Source: Fibrobacteria bacterium
Lineage (GTDB): Bacteria > Fibrobacterota > Fibrobacteria > UBA11236
Length of the DNA stretch: 29,227 bases
Direction: 5' to 3'
Assembly (NCBI GenBank): GCA_041746255.1
Contig: JBGTHM010000056.1
Span: 1-29,227, forward strand
How positions within the stretch are numbered: the stretch's first letter is position 1; each line of letters opens with the position of its first letter. This document shows, piece after piece, positions 1 through 9,505 of the stretch. Both the position numbers and the translations under genes were made by a program. The notes beneath the pieces were generated by a model, which saw nothing but the letters and a program-made list of their open reading frames with translations, was not told the origin of the DNA and ran no database searches.

Positions 1-45
1 CCCTTGCATGCCATGCAAGTGCTCTACCAGCTGAGCTATGGCCCC
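1..45 (-). tRNA. tRNA-Ala(GGC), 3' part cut off by the window edge
   Basis: Reverse complement reads GGGGCCATAGCTCAGCTGGTAGAGCACTTGCATGGCATGCAAGGG. This gives an Ala-type acceptor start, a D arm and an anticodon arm CTTGC-ATGGCAT-GCAAG with anticodon GGC. Confidence 0.93.
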
Positions 46-206
46 ACGAAGGCACCAAAATTACTTCAGATTCCAGAAATTTCAAGGCTGGCGGCTATGA
101 TAGGCGCTCGCACCCCCGATTCGGTTTATTCTTCGCCTGCCATTCCCACGCTGGTGCGAATGGTGAAAATGGCCATGACTATGCGCCAGGAGTGAGCGGG
201 TGGCCC

Positions 207-1301
207 TCAGTCCGCCACTTCCAATTTTTCATAACGGGAGTTGCGCTCTTTAGGCTGACGCCCTTTGGAAAGAATCAGGGATCTCAATTCGTCCGAGCTC
301 ATCCCCGGCCGCTGCATTCCCCCCGCCATGGAATAGATGCGCGTGCTGTCGTCCACGGTTCCGTCGAGGTCGTCGACGCCGTAGTCCAGGGCCGTGACGG
401 CCAGATCGATTCCGAGCATTACCCAGTAGGCTTTAAGATGGGGAATATTGTCCAGGAAAAGCCGGGCCACGGCGTAATTACGCAGGTCTTCGTGGGCCCC
501 GACTTCGGGAATATGGCTGAGTGCGTTCCGCTCATTGCGGTAACGTAAGGGAATGAAGGCCATGAAACCGCGCGTTCTGTCCTGCAGGTCCCGCAAGCGC
601 CGCATATGGTCGACGCGATGGCGATACTCCTCCACATGACCATAAAGCATGGTCGCGTTGGAAGCTATCCCCAGAACATGGGCTTTCTCATGCACGTCAA
701 GCCAGGTATGCGTTGGGGCCTTTCCGCCCGCGATGGTCCGCCTGACCTCCGGATCGAAAATTTCCGCTCCTCCGCCGGGAAGCGAATCGAGCCCGGCCTT
801 TTGCAGCCGCACCAGAGCCTCCTCCACCGGGATTTTGCTCTTACGGGCGAAATAGGAAATCTCCACCGCGGTGAAAGCCTTGATATGCAATTCGGGCCGG
901 TGGGCGCGCAGGTAGGCGCACAGGCTCTCCCCATATTCCACCCCCCTGTCGGGGTGTACGCCTCCGGTGATATGGATTTCGGTTAAGGAACCGGGAGGGT
1001 AGGGTTCCAAGGTCCGGGAAAGATCATCGAAAGTATAATCCCAGGCGCCATCATCGGTCCCGGCCCGCGGCGGACGATAGAAGGCGCAAAACTTACAAGC
1101 ATAAACGCATTTGTTGGTAGGCTCAAAGTGGATATTGCGGTTGTAGTAAGCTTCGTCTCCATGCTTTTCGACGCGCACGGCATCCGCCCGCTCCCTGAGC
1201 CATTCAAGCGGCGCATTCTGATAGAGCCAAAGCGCATCCTCCTCGGAAAGCCTTTCGCCCTGCGCCCTCTTGACATCGATTTCAGTGAGAGAAGCGGACA
1301 T
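207..1301 (-). CDS. mqnE: Radical SAM protein of the CofH/MqnC/MqnE family, most like aminofutalosine synthase MqnE
   Basis: CxxxCxxC (CVYACKFC) plus HIKAFTAVEI, SLPGGGAEIF, NATMLYGHVE and HLKAYWVMLG motifs. Start moved to ATG 1301, which has an AAGGAG RBS. Confidence 0.8.
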   Translation of the reverse strand: MSASLTEIDVKRAQGERLSEEDALWLYQNAPLEWLRERADAVRVEKHGDEAYYNRNIHFEPTNKCVYACKFCAFYRPPRAGTDDGAWDYTFDDLSRTLEPYPPGSLTEIHITGGVHPDRGVEYGESLCAYLRAHRPELHIKAFTAVEISYFARKSKIPVEEALVRLQKAGLDSLPGGGAEIFDPEVRRTIAGGKAPTHTWLDVHEKAHVLGIASNATMLYGHVEEYRHRVDHMRRLRDLQDRTRGFMAFIPLRYRNERNALSHIPEVGAHEDLRNYAVARLFLDNIPHLKAYWVMLGIDLAVTALDYGVDDLDGTVDDSTRIYSMAGGMQRPGMSSDELRSLILSKGRQPKERNSRYEKLEVAD

Positions 1302-1495
1302 AGAACTCCTTCTTGTGGCCAGTTTTGCTGCCTTTAAAATATTAAGGAGTTTAGCTCTTGCGCGAAAAAGGATGATTTTGCTGCGAGAAGCTGGGCTATG
1401 ATGTGGCCGGAGGGTATTAAAGCACAGAACCCTTTCCATTAATATTTATGTTTAGGGCTTTAAAGCAGCATCCCGGAGAGGACTCAAAGCGGACA

Positions 1496-1819
1496 ATGGC
1501 AACCACAGTCGATGAAATTACGGTCAATTACGAAGAAGAAGGCAAACAACTGGTCAAGGAGCTGGAAAAAGAGATTTTGACCAAGGGCGCCTGGTCCACC
1601 ATTCTTTTCAAATATCAGGATTTGGACAAGGCCACGGGTGAATTCAAGCCCCCCAAAATCGCCATACGACGTTATCAGAAGCGCAACGGAGAATACCGGA
1701 ACGCCAGCAAATTCACGATTTCCTCCATGGCCCAGGCCCGGAAAATGATTGAAATCTTGGATAAATGGAGCGGAGATGGGGGCGAAGGGGAAGCGGCCGG
1801 TGACGACGGCGAAGACTAG
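1496..1819 (+). CDS. Conserved hypothetical protein, possibly PC4/YdbC-like nucleic-acid-binding fold, acidic tail
   Basis: 107-aa ORF from ATG 1496 with natural composition. Stop lies 1 nt before the ybeY GTG. Confidence 0.75.
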   Translation: MATTVDEITVNYEEEGKQLVKELEKEILTKGAWSTILFKYQDLDKATGEFKPPKIAIRRYQKRNGEYRNASKFTISSMAQARKMIEILDKWSGDGGEGEAAGDDGED

Positions 1820-1820
1820 A

Positions 1821-2240
1821 GTGAAAAAAAAGTCGGCTCCCCAGGTTGAGATTTTCAATACCAGCGGAGTTATTCTACCCCGAGTCGGTAATTTGCGGAA
1901 TTTGGCCTCCAAAGTTTTAGGCGAAGAGGGAGTAACCGGCCCGATAAACCTGGTTTTTTGTGAAAATTTACGGATTCGCCAATTGAATCGTGATTTCCGG
2001 AAACTGGATAAGGTGACAGACGTGCTTTCATTTGAGTATAATGAGGACGATTTGCACGGTGAATTATACATATCTGCCGAACAGGCCAAAAACCAGGCTC
2101 CGCGCTGGAAAAACACGTTCTACGCCGAATTGAAGCGTTTAATTGTGCATGGCTGCCTCCACCTCGCGGGTTATGATCATCTGAAAAAACCGGACCGCCG
2201 AATCATGACCGCCCGGGAAGACCATTATCTCTCCGCATGA
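1821..2240 (+). CDS. ybeY: rRNA maturation endoribonuclease YbeY
   Basis: LNRDFRKLDKVTDVLSF, GELYIS and the metal-binding HGCLHLAGYDH (H3xH5xH) motif. GTG start at 1821. Confidence 0.95.
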   Translation: MKKKSAPQVEIFNTSGVILPRVGNLRNLASKVLGEEGVTGPINLVFCENLRIRQLNRDFRKLDKVTDVLSFEYNEDDLHGELYISAEQAKNQAPRWKNTFYAELKRLIVHGCLHLAGYDHLKKPDRRIMTAREDHYLSA

Positions 2241-2343
2241 CCATTGAATTATATTTTAATGATGGAATCCAACCCCGATCCCGACCAGCGTTTCGTGAAT
2301 ACCGCTCGGGGTATTGGGCAAACGGACAGGCCTGAATAACACA

Positions 2344-3642
2344 GTGGACCCTAGTTTATCGCTTGAACTTCTCCTGCTCTTTGCCGTTTCCATAACGCTT
2401 AGCGGCATCTTGGCAGGCATGAGAACCGTACTGGCCTATTATTATGGACAGAGCAACGGGCATATCCATAATCCGGAAAACGACCTGCAAGCCCTCATTA
2501 AGAAATCCGTGCAGGCTTGGCAGAAACCCGGTTTTTTCGAATCGATCAGTCTGGGCCGCTTCTTGTTGGACGGGACGGCCTTACTAAGCCTCACCCGCTA
2601 TTTTTATGCGACCTTCACCGGCTGGACTTATGTGACCAGCGCCGTGGTGGCCCTGCCTTTCATCTTTCTCATTTCGCATTGGCTTTTTCCGTTTTTGGGA
2701 AGATTATTCGCTCCCCGTCTCGGCCCAACCGCCTTGCGCGTCAACACCGCTTACTCCTTGCTCTTGATGGGTAGCGTGGGAGCCGCCCTTTACCGCGCCA
2801 ATGACTTTCTGCTTCGGCTCCGGGGCATCGACCAGAAACTCAGTTTTCTCGGTGAGCCCAGCCATAAGAAACCGGGAACACCGCATGAGGGAGAACCCGA
2901 CCATAGCGGATTGGAAGCCGAAGAGAAGGAGATGATTCGCAGCATTTTCGATTTGCGCGAAACCCAGGTGCGCGAAATCATGACCCCACGCGTGGATGTC
3001 AAAGGTCTGGAAATCAATACACCCTATGAGCAGGTCATTGAATTCATCACCAAGGAAAAGTTCAGCCGTATTCCGGTATACGAAGAGAGCCTGGACAATA
3101 TCCGGGGAATCCTCCATATCATGGATTTGCTGACGGCCAAGGTGGAAAGCAACGAGAATTTCAAGCTTTCGGAATTTATCAAAGAGGCCTTTTTCGTACC
3201 GCGCACCAAAAAAATCGGCGAACTCATGCGCGAGTTCCGTATCAAACACGTGCATATGGGTATGGTGGTGGATGAATACGGCGGCACCGCCGGCCTCATC
3301 ACCCTGGAAGATATCCTGGAGGAAATCGTAGGCGAAATCCATGACGAAGACGAAGTGGAAGCCATCAAACTCAAGAAGGAGGATGATGGAGTCTATCTCA
3401 TCGATCCCATTCTCTCGCTCTCAGACCTGCAGGAGGAGACGGGCATCGACTTGAAGCCTGAGGAAGAGGATATCCAAATCGACTCGGTGGGGGGATTCAT
3501 TCTTTTCATCCACGGTAAGGTTCCCGAAATCGGCGATCTAATCCGCTATAGGGATTACTCCTTTGAAATCATTGAGATGGATGGGCAGAAACTGGAATTG
3601 ATCCGGCTATTGGTCAACTCACCGGTTACCTTGAAAAGTTAG
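2344..3642 (+). CDS. Hemolysin/CNNM family membrane protein (TM region + CBS pair + CorC/HlyC domain)
   Basis: N-terminal hydrophobic helices, then VREIMTPRVD, FSRIPVYEESLDNIRG and VVDEYGGTAGLITLEDILEEIVGEIHDE. Sits downstream of ybeY, a common arrangement. Start uncertain (GTG 2344 or TTG 2314). Confidence 0.9.
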   Translation: MDPSLSLELLLLFAVSITLSGILAGMRTVLAYYYGQSNGHIHNPENDLQALIKKSVQAWQKPGFFESISLGRFLLDGTALLSLTRYFYATFTGWTYVTSAVVALPFIFLISHWLFPFLGRLFAPRLGPTALRVNTAYSLLLMGSVGAALYRANDFLLRLRGIDQKLSFLGEPSHKKPGTPHEGEPDHSGLEAEEKEMIRSIFDLRETQVREIMTPRVDVKGLEINTPYEQVIEFITKEKFSRIPVYEESLDNIRGILHIMDLLTAKVESNENFKLSEFIKEAFFVPRTKKIGELMREFRIKHVHMGMVVDEYGGTAGLITLEDILEEIVGEIHDEDEVEAIKLKKEDDGVYLIDPILSLSDLQEETGIDLKPEEEDIQIDSVGGFILFIHGKVPEIGDLIRYRDYSFEIIEMDGQKLELIRLLVNSPVTLKS

Positions 3643-3665
3643 TCTGCGTCTTGCTGGATCGGAAA

Positions 3666-3890
3666 TCAGCTCTTCAGCGACTCGATATTCCGTAACAAAT
3701 CATCGTTGTAAAAATCCAACAAGGGTAACCGATTCAGTATCTCTTCGGTGTTGTCCAGGCATTCGGCATTATCCCGAATCACCAAGATAAGGCGATTCAC
3801 CGAATGGTGCAGACTCCGTAATGATTCCTTCAACTCTTCCCGGTTTTCCGGATGACGTAAAGCGTCCTCGAATGCTTCCATATTCCACAT
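3666..3890 (-). CDS. Small hypothetical helical protein (74 aa)
   Basis: ATG-started ORF that fills the gap between the CBS gene and fxsA without overlap. Amphipathic helical pattern. Confidence 0.55.
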   Translation of the reverse strand: MWNMEAFEDALRHPENREELKESLRSLHHSVNRLILVIRDNAECLDNTEEILNRLPLLDFYNDDLLRNIESLKS

Positions 3891-3965
3891 GAGAGAAATT
3901 TACTTATCTCTCAGACGCAGGGGAACCAGAAACGTATTTTGAGGAAGCGACTCGGGAGGATTTTC

Positions 3966-4361
3966 ATGGTTTTACGCTTGTTTTTGCTCTTTGCCATCGT
4001 TCCGGTGGTGGAGCTGTATTTACTTATCCAGGTAGGTATGCGCATCGGAGCGATTTCAACGCTTTTACTGGTTTTATTGACGGCAATGGTAGGTGCCAAT
4101 TTGGCACGATTGCAGGGAATGCAAACTCTTTACCGAATCCGCCTGAGCTTGAGCGAGGGAAAGATGCCGGGGGAAGAATTACTCAACGGCCTGCTCATCC
4201 TTATCGCAGGAATATTATTGCTTACTCCGGGTTTTATCACGGATATCCTGGGCTTTCTCCTCCTGCTTCCCAAGACGCGGACTTTTTTCCGCAATCTTTT
4301 GCAAGCACGGGTTGCCCGCTGGCTGAGTCAGGGCAATCTCCGCTTACGTCTCTTTTTCTGA
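3966..4361 (+). CDS. fxsA: FxsA family membrane protein
   Basis: PVVELYLLIQVG...LLTAMVGANLARLQG...AGILLLTPGFITDILG signature. Confidence 0.92.
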   Translation: MVLRLFLLFAIVPVVELYLLIQVGMRIGAISTLLLVLLTAMVGANLARLQGMQTLYRIRLSLSEGKMPGEELLNGLLILIAGILLLTPGFITDILGFLLLLPKTRTFFRNLLQARVARWLSQGNLRLRLFF

Positions 4362-5426
4362 GGACAATTCGGAAGGCTCAGGTTTTTTTGCGGCCTTCTC
4401 CCCCAACAATTCGGCCAGCCATCGCGTAGGCTCGAAATGGTCACAGAATACCACCGCCGCCGCAGTGAGAGGGACGCCTAGAAATGCACCCGGAATACCC
4501 CAGATAAAGCCCCAGAAACCAATGGAGAAAAGCACCACCAGGGGCGAAAGCGCGAGGAAACGTCCTTCCAACTTGGGGGCGATATAATTTCCCATGGTGA
4601 ACTGGATAAGGGTCAGGCCAATCAGGGTAAGCATAACCAACCCGATACCGCTTCCAGGCTGGATGACAGCCAGCAAAGTAGGCGGAATCACGGAGACGAT
4701 GGATCCCAGCGTCGGAATGAAATTGAGAGCGAAGGCCAATAACCCCCACACCAAAGGGTATTGGAGCCCGATAAACCAGGTGAACAGTCCTACCAATACT
4801 CCCGTGGCCGCCGATACCAGACCGAGAGCATACATGAAATTCCGCACATTGTGAGCACTTCTCGCGGCGGCTTCCGCCATTTTTCGGGAGGTTGAGGTAC
4901 CAATGGTAATTTTCAGCTTTTTCTCAAACTCGGGAACTTCCAGCAGCAGCAACAGCAGGTAGGCGATGAACAAAAATAAAGCCCCTACCAACCCGAACAC
5001 GTAGACCGCCGCCGGCTGTAAGAAGGCTAAAAATTCCTGGCCGAGAGACTGGAGATCAAATTCCCCGCGGGTTAATTCAATTCCGTGGACTTGTGCCCAT
5101 TGTAAAAGGTTCGCCAGAATTTCATTCAACCTTTCCGCATAGGTACGCCAATCTTCTCCGACAACCCTTATCATGAATACTATTGCCATAAAAGTGGCTA
5201 CCAAAACCGTAACAACCAGGAAGAGAGAAATGAAAACGGCCGCTATGCGGGGAAGTTTTTTTTCCAATTTCACCTGGATGGGCCAAACCAGAGCGGCTGC
5301 GAGAAAGGTGAGTCCCATGGGCATGGAAATAAAAGTGGTAAGCTTAAGCCCAGCCAGCACCATTATTACGGCGATAAGGGAAAGGACTCCCACTTGGCGC
5401 GATTCTCGCTTGGGAAAGTCGGTCAT
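4344..5426 (-). CDS. AI-2E family transporter
   Basis: Multi-TM 360-aa protein with LNFIPTLGS, GNYIAPKLEG, LSPLVVLFSIGFWGFIWGIPGAFLGVPL. Overlaps fxsA convergently by 18 nt. Confidence 0.92.
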   Translation of the reverse strand: MTDFPKRESRQVGVLSLIAVIMVLAGLKLTTFISMPMGLTFLAAALVWPIQVKLEKKLPRIAAVFISLFLVVTVLVATFMAIVFMIRVVGEDWRTYAERLNEILANLLQWAQVHGIELTRGEFDLQSLGQEFLAFLQPAAVYVFGLVGALFLFIAYLLLLLLEVPEFEKKLKITIGTSTSRKMAEAAARSAHNVRNFMYALGLVSAATGVLVGLFTWFIGLQYPLVWGLLAFALNFIPTLGSIVSVIPPTLLAVIQPGSGIGLVMLTLIGLTLIQFTMGNYIAPKLEGRFLALSPLVVLFSIGFWGFIWGIPGAFLGVPLTAAAVVFCDHFEPTRWLAELLGEKAAKKPEPSELSSEKET

Positions 5427-5703
5427 GAAGAAGTTCCCTTCGAAAATTGTCGAGTCCCCTCTGGAACTTTCCCCAAGAGGAGTTGCATAAATTAGTTAAA
5501 ATGAATTCCGTATCGATTAGGCGCAAGAAGGAGTTCCAGCCCTCAGTAGAATTTCCTATTACTTTTTCAATTACCATGCGGGCCGCAATACGCAAGAAAT
5601 ATGGACCGCCACAAGTCTTCTCACCCCATTTTCGTTTCTCCCCTGACGTAACACATCTTTTCCCTGTATCTTTGCTTGAAGGTGGCCCACCCTTTTTCGT
5701 CAC

Positions 5704-5802
5704 TATCCTCAATTTGAGTATATCGGAAACAAGCCAAAATCGCCGGAAATGCTTAAAAACTGCCGAAAAATACACATTTAAGGTACCCGCAATTTGAGTA
5801 TA
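5704..5802. promoter_or_regulatory. Two copies of a 19-bp imperfect palindrome (TATCCTCAATTTGAGTATA at 5704-5722, TACCCGCAATTTGAGTATA at 5784-5802); putative transcription-factor sites
   Basis: The copies are 17/19 identical and 80 bp apart. The first has a perfect CTCAA-T-TTGAG core. Both lie in a long intergenic region. Confidence 0.55.
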
Positions 5803-5868
5803 CTCGAAAATCAATGGGGCCCCGCCGAACCTGTTCCCCATACGATCACCCGAAACCCAGCAACTTTA

Positions 5869-5883
5869 TGGGCCGGAATTTGC
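5869..5883 (+). promoter_or_regulatory. Candidate sigma54 (-24/-12) promoter TGGGCCGGAATTTGC
   Basis: GG-N10-GC spacing with TTGC at -12. Two mismatches to TGGCACG. Lies 67-165 bp downstream of the twin palindromes. Confidence 0.35.
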
Positions 5884-6244
5884 CCCAATCACCATGTCGC
5901 CATCGTAGTGCATGGTATTGAGCAGCGCTCCCGGAAATTTTTCCGCTCGAACTTATCATTTATGTTAAGTTCGGCGAACAGATGCCGGCACCGATTTTGG
6001 GAATAAACTGTAGGGCCGCTTATCCCGACCCATTTCGTCGATTATTTTTATATGGTCCATATTTAACCGACCACCTCAAGATTATTTGACAACCTGGATG
6101 GATGTCACATTTCCTCCCTCGTTATTTGAATGGCTGAGGTTCAGAGCGTTTGGAAGAGAAATTCAATAAATGACAATTGGACTTTCGGCCGTATTCCATC
6201 GAAAGGCCGTCTCCTAGGATTATCCCGGCGCGGGAGGTTGAGAA

Positions 6245-6321
6245 TGGTGTCCTTGACAGGGATCGAACCTGTGACCCCCAGTTTAGGAAACTAGTGCTCT
6301 ATCCAACTGAGCTACAAGGAC
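6245..6321 (-). tRNA. tRNA-Arg(CCT)
   Basis: Reverse complement GTCCTTGTAGCTCAGTTGGATAGAGCACTAGTTTCCTAAACTGGGGGTCACAGGTTCGATCCCTGTCAAGGACACCA. 77 nt, anticodon loop TT-CCT-AA, GTTCGA T-loop, encoded CCA. Confidence 0.96.
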
Positions 6322-6515
6322 TGAAATTCAACCGGGCGGGCCGAAAGTTACCAAAATACCCTCGAGATTTATACCCTGGACTCCCAAAATAATCCCCTTC
6401 CCACCAATTTGGTATTTTTTTGGCTGTCCCCGTCCCCGTTTCTACCTTTGGCGCTGAACCCGAAAATTCTCCGGAATTCCGGGCCTTTCCATCCTTTGAC
6501 CACAGGACATTTCCC

Positions 6516-9500
6516 TTGCTGACTCGCATTGAAGTTGCCCAAAAATCCCCGGCTACCGACTCCCGGGGCAATAAGGTTTTGACCGCTATCCGGGAGGATG
6601 TGGGACTGGCCGTAGACAGGGTCGCCAGCTTACTGGTTTATACCCTGGAAATGGAATTGACACCCGACGAAGCCCACAAGGCGGCTTCCGAATTACTGGC
6701 CGATCCCGTCACCGAAGCCGCAGGTATCGACCAACCCCTGGCTCACGACTTCGACTATTTGATTGAAGTCGGCTTCAAGCCCGGCGTCACCGACAATATC
6801 GGCCGCTCCAGCCGCGAAGGCCTGGCCGACCTATGGGACCGTAGCCTGGGTGAAGAGGACCAGGTTTTTACCAGCCGCCAATACCTTCTCTGGGGTAAAC
6901 TGACTCGCGAAGAAGCCGAACGCATCGCCGTCAAACTGCTGGCCAACGATTTAATCGAACGCTATCGAGTCATTTCGCGCGCGCAATGGGATGCGGGCGA
7001 ACGTATCCCCACGGAAAGCAACGGGGTGCATTTGGCCCATGAACCGCGCGTCGAAACCATAACGCTGCCCGATAACGATGCGGATTTGGAAAAACTCTCG
7101 CGCGATAAAATTCTCTCCCTGAGCCTGGAAGAAATGCGCGCCATCCGTACCCATTATACCGAAGCCTCGCACAGCCAAGCCCGTGCGGAAGCCGGTCTTC
7201 CGCAATTCCCCACCGACGTTGAGCTGGAAGTCATCGCTCAAACCTGGAGCGAGCATTGCAAACATAAGATTTTCAACGCCGACATCGACTATACCGATGC
7301 CGCCGGAGAAAAGCGGAACATCCGTTCCCTGTATAAAACCTACGTGAAGGCGGCTACGGCGAAAGTGGCCGAGAAAATCACCTGGCTCAAATCGGTTTTC
7401 ACCGACAACGCGGGCATCATCGCCTTTACCGAAGATTACGACATCGCCATGAAGGTGGAAACGCATAACTCCCCCAGCGCGCTCGACCCTTACGGCGGCG
7501 CCATGACAGGTATCGTGGGCGTTAACCGCGATATCATGGGCTGCGGCATCGGATGCAAACCCCTTTTCAATACCGACGTTTTCTGCTTCGCCACGCCTTT
7601 CTACGACAAACCCGTACCTCCCAAGTTACACCATCCCAAGCGCGTGCTTAAGGAAGTGCATCGCGGGGTGCGCGACGGCGGCAATGAAAGCGGAATTCCC
7701 ACCGTAAACGGCAGCATCGTTTTCGACGATCGCTTTTTGGGCAAACCCCTGGTTTTCTGCGGCACCGGCGGACTCATCCCGGCTACCGTGGGCGGAAAGC
7801 CCTCCCATCTCAAAACCATTTTACCGGGCGATCGCATCGTCATGGCCGGTGGGCGCATCGGCAAGGACGGCATACACGGAGCCACCTTTTCTTCGGCGGC
7901 GCTTACGGAAACCTCCCCCACTTCGGCGGTGCAAATCGGCGATCCCATCACTCAGAAAAAACTCAGCGACTTTTTACTGGAAGCCCGCGACCTCAGCCTC
8001 TATCGCTTCGTTACCGATAACGGAGCGGGCGGGCTTTCCTCCTCCCTGGGGGAGATGGCGCGCGAATGCGGCGGATGCCGCATGCACCTCGACCGCGCGC
8101 CTTTGAAATACCCGGGACTCGACCCCTGGGAAATCCTCGTATCCGAAGCCCAGGAGCGCATGTCCTTCGCCGTGCCTCCCGAAAAAATGGAAGCCTTCTC
8201 CGCCCTGGCCAAAAAGCGCGGAGTGGAAGTCGCCGATCTCGGAGAGTTTTCCGACGACGGACTGTTCGCCGCCTATTATGACGGCAAATTGGTCTGCCGT
8301 CTGGAAATGGAATTCCTGCACGACGGAGCGCCGCGCATGCGCATTCCCGCGCGCCTGTCGCCAACAAACCATCGCGAACCCGAAGCGGCCCGATTGCGCG
8401 AACGTGATTTACGCAGCGACGCCTTGCAATTGCTTTCCACCTTGAACATCTGTTCCAAGGAAAGCTGGGTGCGCCAATACGATCACGAAGTGCAAGGCAT
8501 GAGCGTGGTGAAACCCTTTACCGGAGCGGAGAACGACGGCCCCAGCGACGCGGCCGTTATCCGCCCGCTCTACCATCGCAAAGAGGGGTTGGCCGTCGCC
8601 CACGGCATCGTTCCGCGTTATAGCGACATCGATTGCTATCACATGGCGGCTTGCGCCATCGACGAAGCCGTGCGCAACGCGGTGGCGGTGGGCGCCGACC
8701 CCGACTACCTCGCGGGCCTGGATAATTTCTGCTGGCCCGATCCCGTGGAATCGCCGGAAACCCCCGACGGCGCGCATAAAATGGCGCAGCTGGTGCGCGC
8801 CAACGAAGCCCTGTACGATTATTGCACCGCCTACGGCCTTCCGCTCATCTCGGGCAAAGACTCGATGAAAAACGACTACCGCGCGGGAAGCGAAAAGATT
8901 TCCATACCACCCACTTTATTGGTCACGGTAATCGGCCGCCTTCCCGACGTGGAAAAAAGCATGACGCTCGACGCCAAACAAGTAGGCGACTTCGTTTACG
9001 CGCTCGGCATCACCCGCGACGAACTGGGCGGTTCCGAATATTACGCCATGCTGGGAGAAGTGGGCGTGAACGTTCCCCGCGTCGACGCCGCCGAGGCCAT
9101 GGCCCTTTACCGCGCCCTGCATAAAGCCATCCTCGCCGGTTATGTCCGCTCCGTGCACGATATGTCCGACGGCGGCCTTTTCACCGCCCTGGCCGAAACC
9201 TCCATGGCGGGAAGGCTGGGAATGGACATCCAACTCGACACCCTGCCCGTAACAGGCGAGTTATCCCCCGCCGCGCTGCTTTTTTCCGAAAGCCAAAGCC
9301 GCTTCGTCGTCACCGTGCCCGCCGCGCGCCAGGCCGAATTCGAGCAAACGCTCAGCGCGGGAGCGAAGCGTCCCGCCTTCGCCGCCATCGGGCGCGTCAC
9401 CGAAGCGCATGAATTGCGCATCGCATTGGGAGACCAAAAACTGCTGACCTTATCCCACGACGAAATGTTCCACCACTGGCATCAACCCTTGAATTGGTAA
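6516..9500 (+). CDS. purL: Phosphoribosylformylglycinamidine synthase PurL with fused N-terminal PurS-like region
   Basis: QTWSEHCKHKIF, KVETHNSPSALDPYGGAMTG, DNGAGGLSSS, SEAQERM, ISGKDSM and HDMSDGGL motifs. N-terminal IEV..KPGVTDNIG region. Likely TTG start at 6516 after an AGGA RBS. Confidence 0.95.
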   Translation: MLTRIEVAQKSPATDSRGNKVLTAIREDVGLAVDRVASLLVYTLEMELTPDEAHKAASELLADPVTEAAGIDQPLAHDFDYLIEVGFKPGVTDNIGRSSREGLADLWDRSLGEEDQVFTSRQYLLWGKLTREEAERIAVKLLANDLIERYRVISRAQWDAGERIPTESNGVHLAHEPRVETITLPDNDADLEKLSRDKILSLSLEEMRAIRTHYTEASHSQARAEAGLPQFPTDVELEVIAQTWSEHCKHKIFNADIDYTDAAGEKRNIRSLYKTYVKAATAKVAEKITWLKSVFTDNAGIIAFTEDYDIAMKVETHNSPSALDPYGGAMTGIVGVNRDIMGCGIGCKPLFNTDVFCFATPFYDKPVPPKLHHPKRVLKEVHRGVRDGGNESGIPTVNGSIVFDDRFLGKPLVFCGTGGLIPATVGGKPSHLKTILPGDRIVMAGGRIGKDGIHGATFSSAALTETSPTSAVQIGDPITQKKLSDFLLEARDLSLYRFVTDNGAGGLSSSLGEMARECGGCRMHLDRAPLKYPGLDPWEILVSEAQERMSFAVPPEKMEAFSALAKKRGVEVADLGEFSDDGLFAAYYDGKLVCRLEMEFLHDGAPRMRIPARLSPTNHREPEAARLRERDLRSDALQLLSTLNICSKESWVRQYDHEVQGMSVVKPFTGAENDGPSDAAVIRPLYHRKEGLAVAHGIVPRYSDIDCYHMAACAIDEAVRNAVAVGADPDYLAGLDNFCWPDPVESPETPDGAHKMAQLVRANEALYDYCTAYGLPLISGKDSMKNDYRAGSEKISIPPTLLVTVIGRLPDVEKSMTLDAKQVGDFVYALGITRDELGGSEYYAMLGEVGVNVPRVDAAEAMALYRALHKAILAGYVRSVHDMSDGGLFTALAETSMAGRLGMDIQLDTLPVTGELSPAALLFSESQSRFVVTVPAARQAEFEQTLSAGAKRPAFAAIGRVTEAHELRIALGDQKLLTLSHDEMFHHWHQPLNW

Positions 9501-9505
9501 CCTGC

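Noticed and set aside
4..195. 63-aa + strand ORF
   Set aside because: Antisense to tRNA-Ala, with no protein-like features.
5344..6006. ORFs 5344-5841(-), 5447-5797(+) and 5794-6006(+)
   Set aside because: They overlap each other, have non-ATG starts without an RBS, and show no recognisable motifs.
6176..6192. GAAAGTCC on the minus strand, resembling the RNase P RNA 5' motif
   Set aside because: Lacks the GAGGAAAGTCC context, and no matching 3' conserved motif was found.
6177..6571. ORFs 6177-6392(+) and 6299-6571(-)
   Set aside because: They overlap tRNA-Arg and the purL start, so they are shadow ORFs.
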